Assembly (NCBI GenBank): GCA_951406725.2
Contig: OX597821.1
Span: 59,644,001 to 59,708,000, forward strand
Reading direction: 5' to 3'
Length of the DNA stretch: 64,000 bases
DNA from: Octopus vulgaris
Taxonomy: Eukaryota
The notes beneath the pieces are model-generated. The model made no database searches and was not told where the DNA came from. It saw only the letters and a list, made by a program, of their open reading frames with translations. Positions 60,966-64,000 of this stretch are shown one piece after another; positions within the stretch are counted from its first letter, which is position 1; the number at the start of each line of letters is the position of its first letter. The translations under genes and the position numbers were made by a program.

Positions 60966-61377
60966 GTTGAGTCTACCAGTCAAGTAGGTTACAGAGGGAG
61001 TTGAACTCGTAAAGAGCTACCAAGGCAATTACTGTGAAACATCTAATCTGATGTTGTAATGTTTCCTTCACTCCACCACCATCATTTAGTACTTTAGTTA
61101 TCAACCTTGGAAGAATGAAAGGTAAAGTTGATTCTGGTGGGATTTGAACACAAAATCCAAGGTTCCAGAATAAAACTCACAAGATAATTCATCTAACGTT
61201 GTAATGATTCTATTAATCTACCTAATCTATGAATTATTTCCTCTTCAACACAATATATACTCTTTAAGTTGATGTGAGATCAGGAAGGTTTGTGTAGACT
61301 ATGTTTTGCTGAGAAGATCCTATAAGACCAAAACATATCCCAAATTGTATTTCCACTTCTATTTAATTTTAGGATTT

Positions 61378-61805
61378 ACTCTTTTACTTGTTTCAGTCAT
61401 TTGACTGTGGCCACACTGGAGCACCGCCTTTGGTCGAGCAAAGTGACCCCAGGACTTATTCTTTGTAAGCCTAGTACATATTCTATCGGTCTCTTTTGCC
61501 AAACCTAAGTTATGGGGACGTAAACACACCAGCGTCGGTTGTCAAGCGATGTTTAGGGGGACAAACACAGACATACAAACGTATACACACACATACATAT
61601 ATATACATATACACGACAGGCTTCTTTCAGTTTCCGTCTACCAAATCCACTCACAAGGCTTTGGTTGGCCTGAGGCTATAGTAGAAGACACTTGCCCAAG
61701 GTGCCACACAGTGGGACTGAACCCAGAACCATGTGGTTGGTAAGCAAGCTACTTACCACACAGCCACTCCTACGCCTATAGCTACTTACCACACAGCCAC
61801 TCCTG
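61378..61805 (-). mobile_element. SINE family A, full length, with duplicated head end
   Basis: Complete consensus; GCTACTTACCACACAGCCACTCCT appears twice. Confidence 0.9.
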
Positions 61806-62419
61806 AAATTTTGGGAGAACACTTCTTTGCACTACTGAGAGTAACTTTTGTTAGTGCTTATGAATTTTTTCTCATTATTATGGTTATAATTTCATTGGAT
61901 CAACATTATAATTAATTTGATCTGGATTATTAATAAGCTGCTTAGTAATCTATAATTATAAGTTATGTCAAAACTAGTACAAATACACAAATCCCAGACA
62001 ATTTTTGAAATTATTTTTTTTCCAATTTCTGTTTTAATGCTGCATATGTCTTGAATTTGAAAACCATCCTGGTGTTAAACTTGCTATTAATCTGTTTGAT
62101 TCTGATAAAAGAAATATCTATACTATACTGCAGCCAAAATATTTTATTGTTCCACTCACCCTGATAATGAAAGTAGCTAAGAAAGAAATGTATTAATATT
62201 AAATTATAATCCTATCATCATCACCTATCCTCATGTCTGTATCTCTTTCTTCATCACAAGAGCATGTCTGGTCAGGAGACTTTATGGGTCACTGCATAGC
62301 ATCTAATAGGTTACTTCTGAAAAAGAGGCGGTGCTAACCATCACAACTGACTTTAGATTATTTAGCATGAACAATATCTATATTACACCTATTATTGTTC
62401 TTCTCTATGAAGGTGATTA

Positions 62420-62855
62420 TCATCATCGTCATCATCATTTAATGTCTGCTTTCCATGCTGGCACGAGTTGGATGGTTTGACTGAGGGCTGGCAAGCCAGA
62501 AGGCCGCACCAGGCTCCAATCTGATCTGGCAAAGTTTCTACAACTGGATGCCCTTCCTAATGCCAACCATTCTGAGAGTGTAGTGGGTGCTTTTTACATG
62601 CCACCAGCATGAGGGCCTGTCAGGTAGTACTGGCATCGACCATGCTTGGATGGTGCTTTTTATGTGCCACCAGCATGGGAGACAGTCAGGCGATACTGGC
62701 ATCGACCATGCTTGAATGGTGCTTTTTACATGCCACCGGAATGGGAGCTAGTCAGGCAGCACTGGCAACAACCATGCTCAAATGGTGCTTTTTACGTGCC
62801 ACTGGCATGGGACCAGTCAGCCGGCATTGGCATGGGACCTGTCAGCTGGCACTGG
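62420..62855 (-). mobile_element. Family D retroposon with four 66-bp units
   Basis: GGTGCTTTTT at 62586, 62652, 62718 and 62784. Confidence 0.85.
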
Positions 62856-62889
62856 TGAACAAGCAAAACTATCAAAGCGCTGGGAAAAA

Positions 62890-63327
62890 TGCTTTGCAAT
62901 ATTTGCTCCTATTCTTTACACTCTGAGTTCAAATCCTACTAAGATTAATTTCTCATCGTCTTGGGGTTAATAAAATAAATACCAATCAATTACTGGGGTA
63001 ATCAACTGACTCCCACCCCTCAAAAACTGCTGGCTGTGTGCTAATATTTGAAAGAATTAGGGTGACAAACTGATTGAATAGTTAGCAAACCAAATTAAAT
63101 GTTTAGCAACATTTTCGCCTACCTTTACATTCTGAGTTCAAATTCTGCCACGGTCAACTTTGCCTTTCATCCTTTCATGTTTGATAAAATAAGTACCAAT
63201 TAAGTACTGGCGTTGATATAATCAACTATACTGCACCCCTGAAATTGCTGGCCTTATGCCAAAATTTGAAACTGCCATTATTATTATCATCGTCCTCATC
63301 ATCATCATCATTATTATTATTATTATG

Positions 63328-63365
<38 letters not shown>

Positions 63366-64000
63366 CATCATCATCATCAGGGTGGTGAGCTGGCAGAATT
63401 TTTAGCATGCCAGATGGTATTTTATCTCTCGTTACGTTCTGAGTTCAAATTTCATAAACTTCAATATTAGCATATCACAGAAGCAAAATTCAAATATCCA
63501 AATAGCTTTCATATCATTAACTGGTCAATTGTAAAGTGGTGATGATATCTGCAGCTTGATACAGAGAACACAGCAAACAAAGAAACATATTTTGTCTTAG
63601 AACAGACAGACTTGCTTTTAGCAAGGTTTGAATCCACAATCGTATGATCAATACCAAGAAATCTCTTCTCACAGCCATTCACTTCTAAATCTAAAATTTC
63701 CAATAACTATAAATGTAATATTTTCTAAATTTAGTTGCTGAAAGATGAAATGTCATCACTGTGTGAATTTGAACTCAAAGAGCAAAGCCAGAAGAAAGGT
63801 CACTGAACATATTGACTGGCTTGCTAACAATTTTGCCAGCTTGCCTAATATTAATAATACTGCTAATAATAATTTTGCGGTAGGTGGTAAATCTATTCCA
63901 TTGATCTCAGTGCAGCACTGGTACTTATTTCTTTCACCCTGAAAAGATGAAAGGTGAAGTCAACCTCAGGAGGATTTGAACTCAGATTGTAAAACCAGAC
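62890..64000. mobile_element. Cluster of degenerate SINE family C copies around an (ATT)n tract
   Basis: Repeated CTGAGTTCAAAT motifs on + to ~63450 and on - at 63760-64000. Confidence 0.7.

Noticed and set aside
63509-63703. Coding exon in unique-looking sequence
   Set aside because: No recognisable domain or convincing splice-site pair on either strand

Overview
AT-rich, microsatellite-laden animal genomic DNA. The SINE repertoire, recognised from memory and not database-checked, suggests a coleoid cephalopod, probably Octopus. No intact host protein-coding ORF is evident, and nearly all ORF-track entries are microsatellite or SINE read-throughs. The window holds dozens of SINE-type copies in about six families (labelled A-F here; repeat coordinates are approximate). 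It also has decayed RTE and CR1-type LINE fragments, a DD37D (maT) and a mariner transposase pseudogene, three Helitron derivatives (one with a PIF1 helicase fragment), hAT/piggyBac-type MITEs and a CpG-rich solo LTR. Two CpG-retaining promoter-like islands (~21.7-22.0 kb and ~58-60.1 kb) each contain a candidate minus-strand first exon, so the window may be largely intronic. The most notable signals are: (1) type I hammerhead ribozyme motifs in several unrelated Penelope-like remnants abutting (TA)n tracts, including an apparently intact one at 49839-49924 and an inverted pair at 54.0-54.35 kb; (2) 66-bp tandem units carrying a compact H-type pseudoknot motif inside an RTE-tailed repeat; (3) a Helitron flanked by a 53-bp direct duplication; (4) locally templated patches inserted in the same SINE segment.
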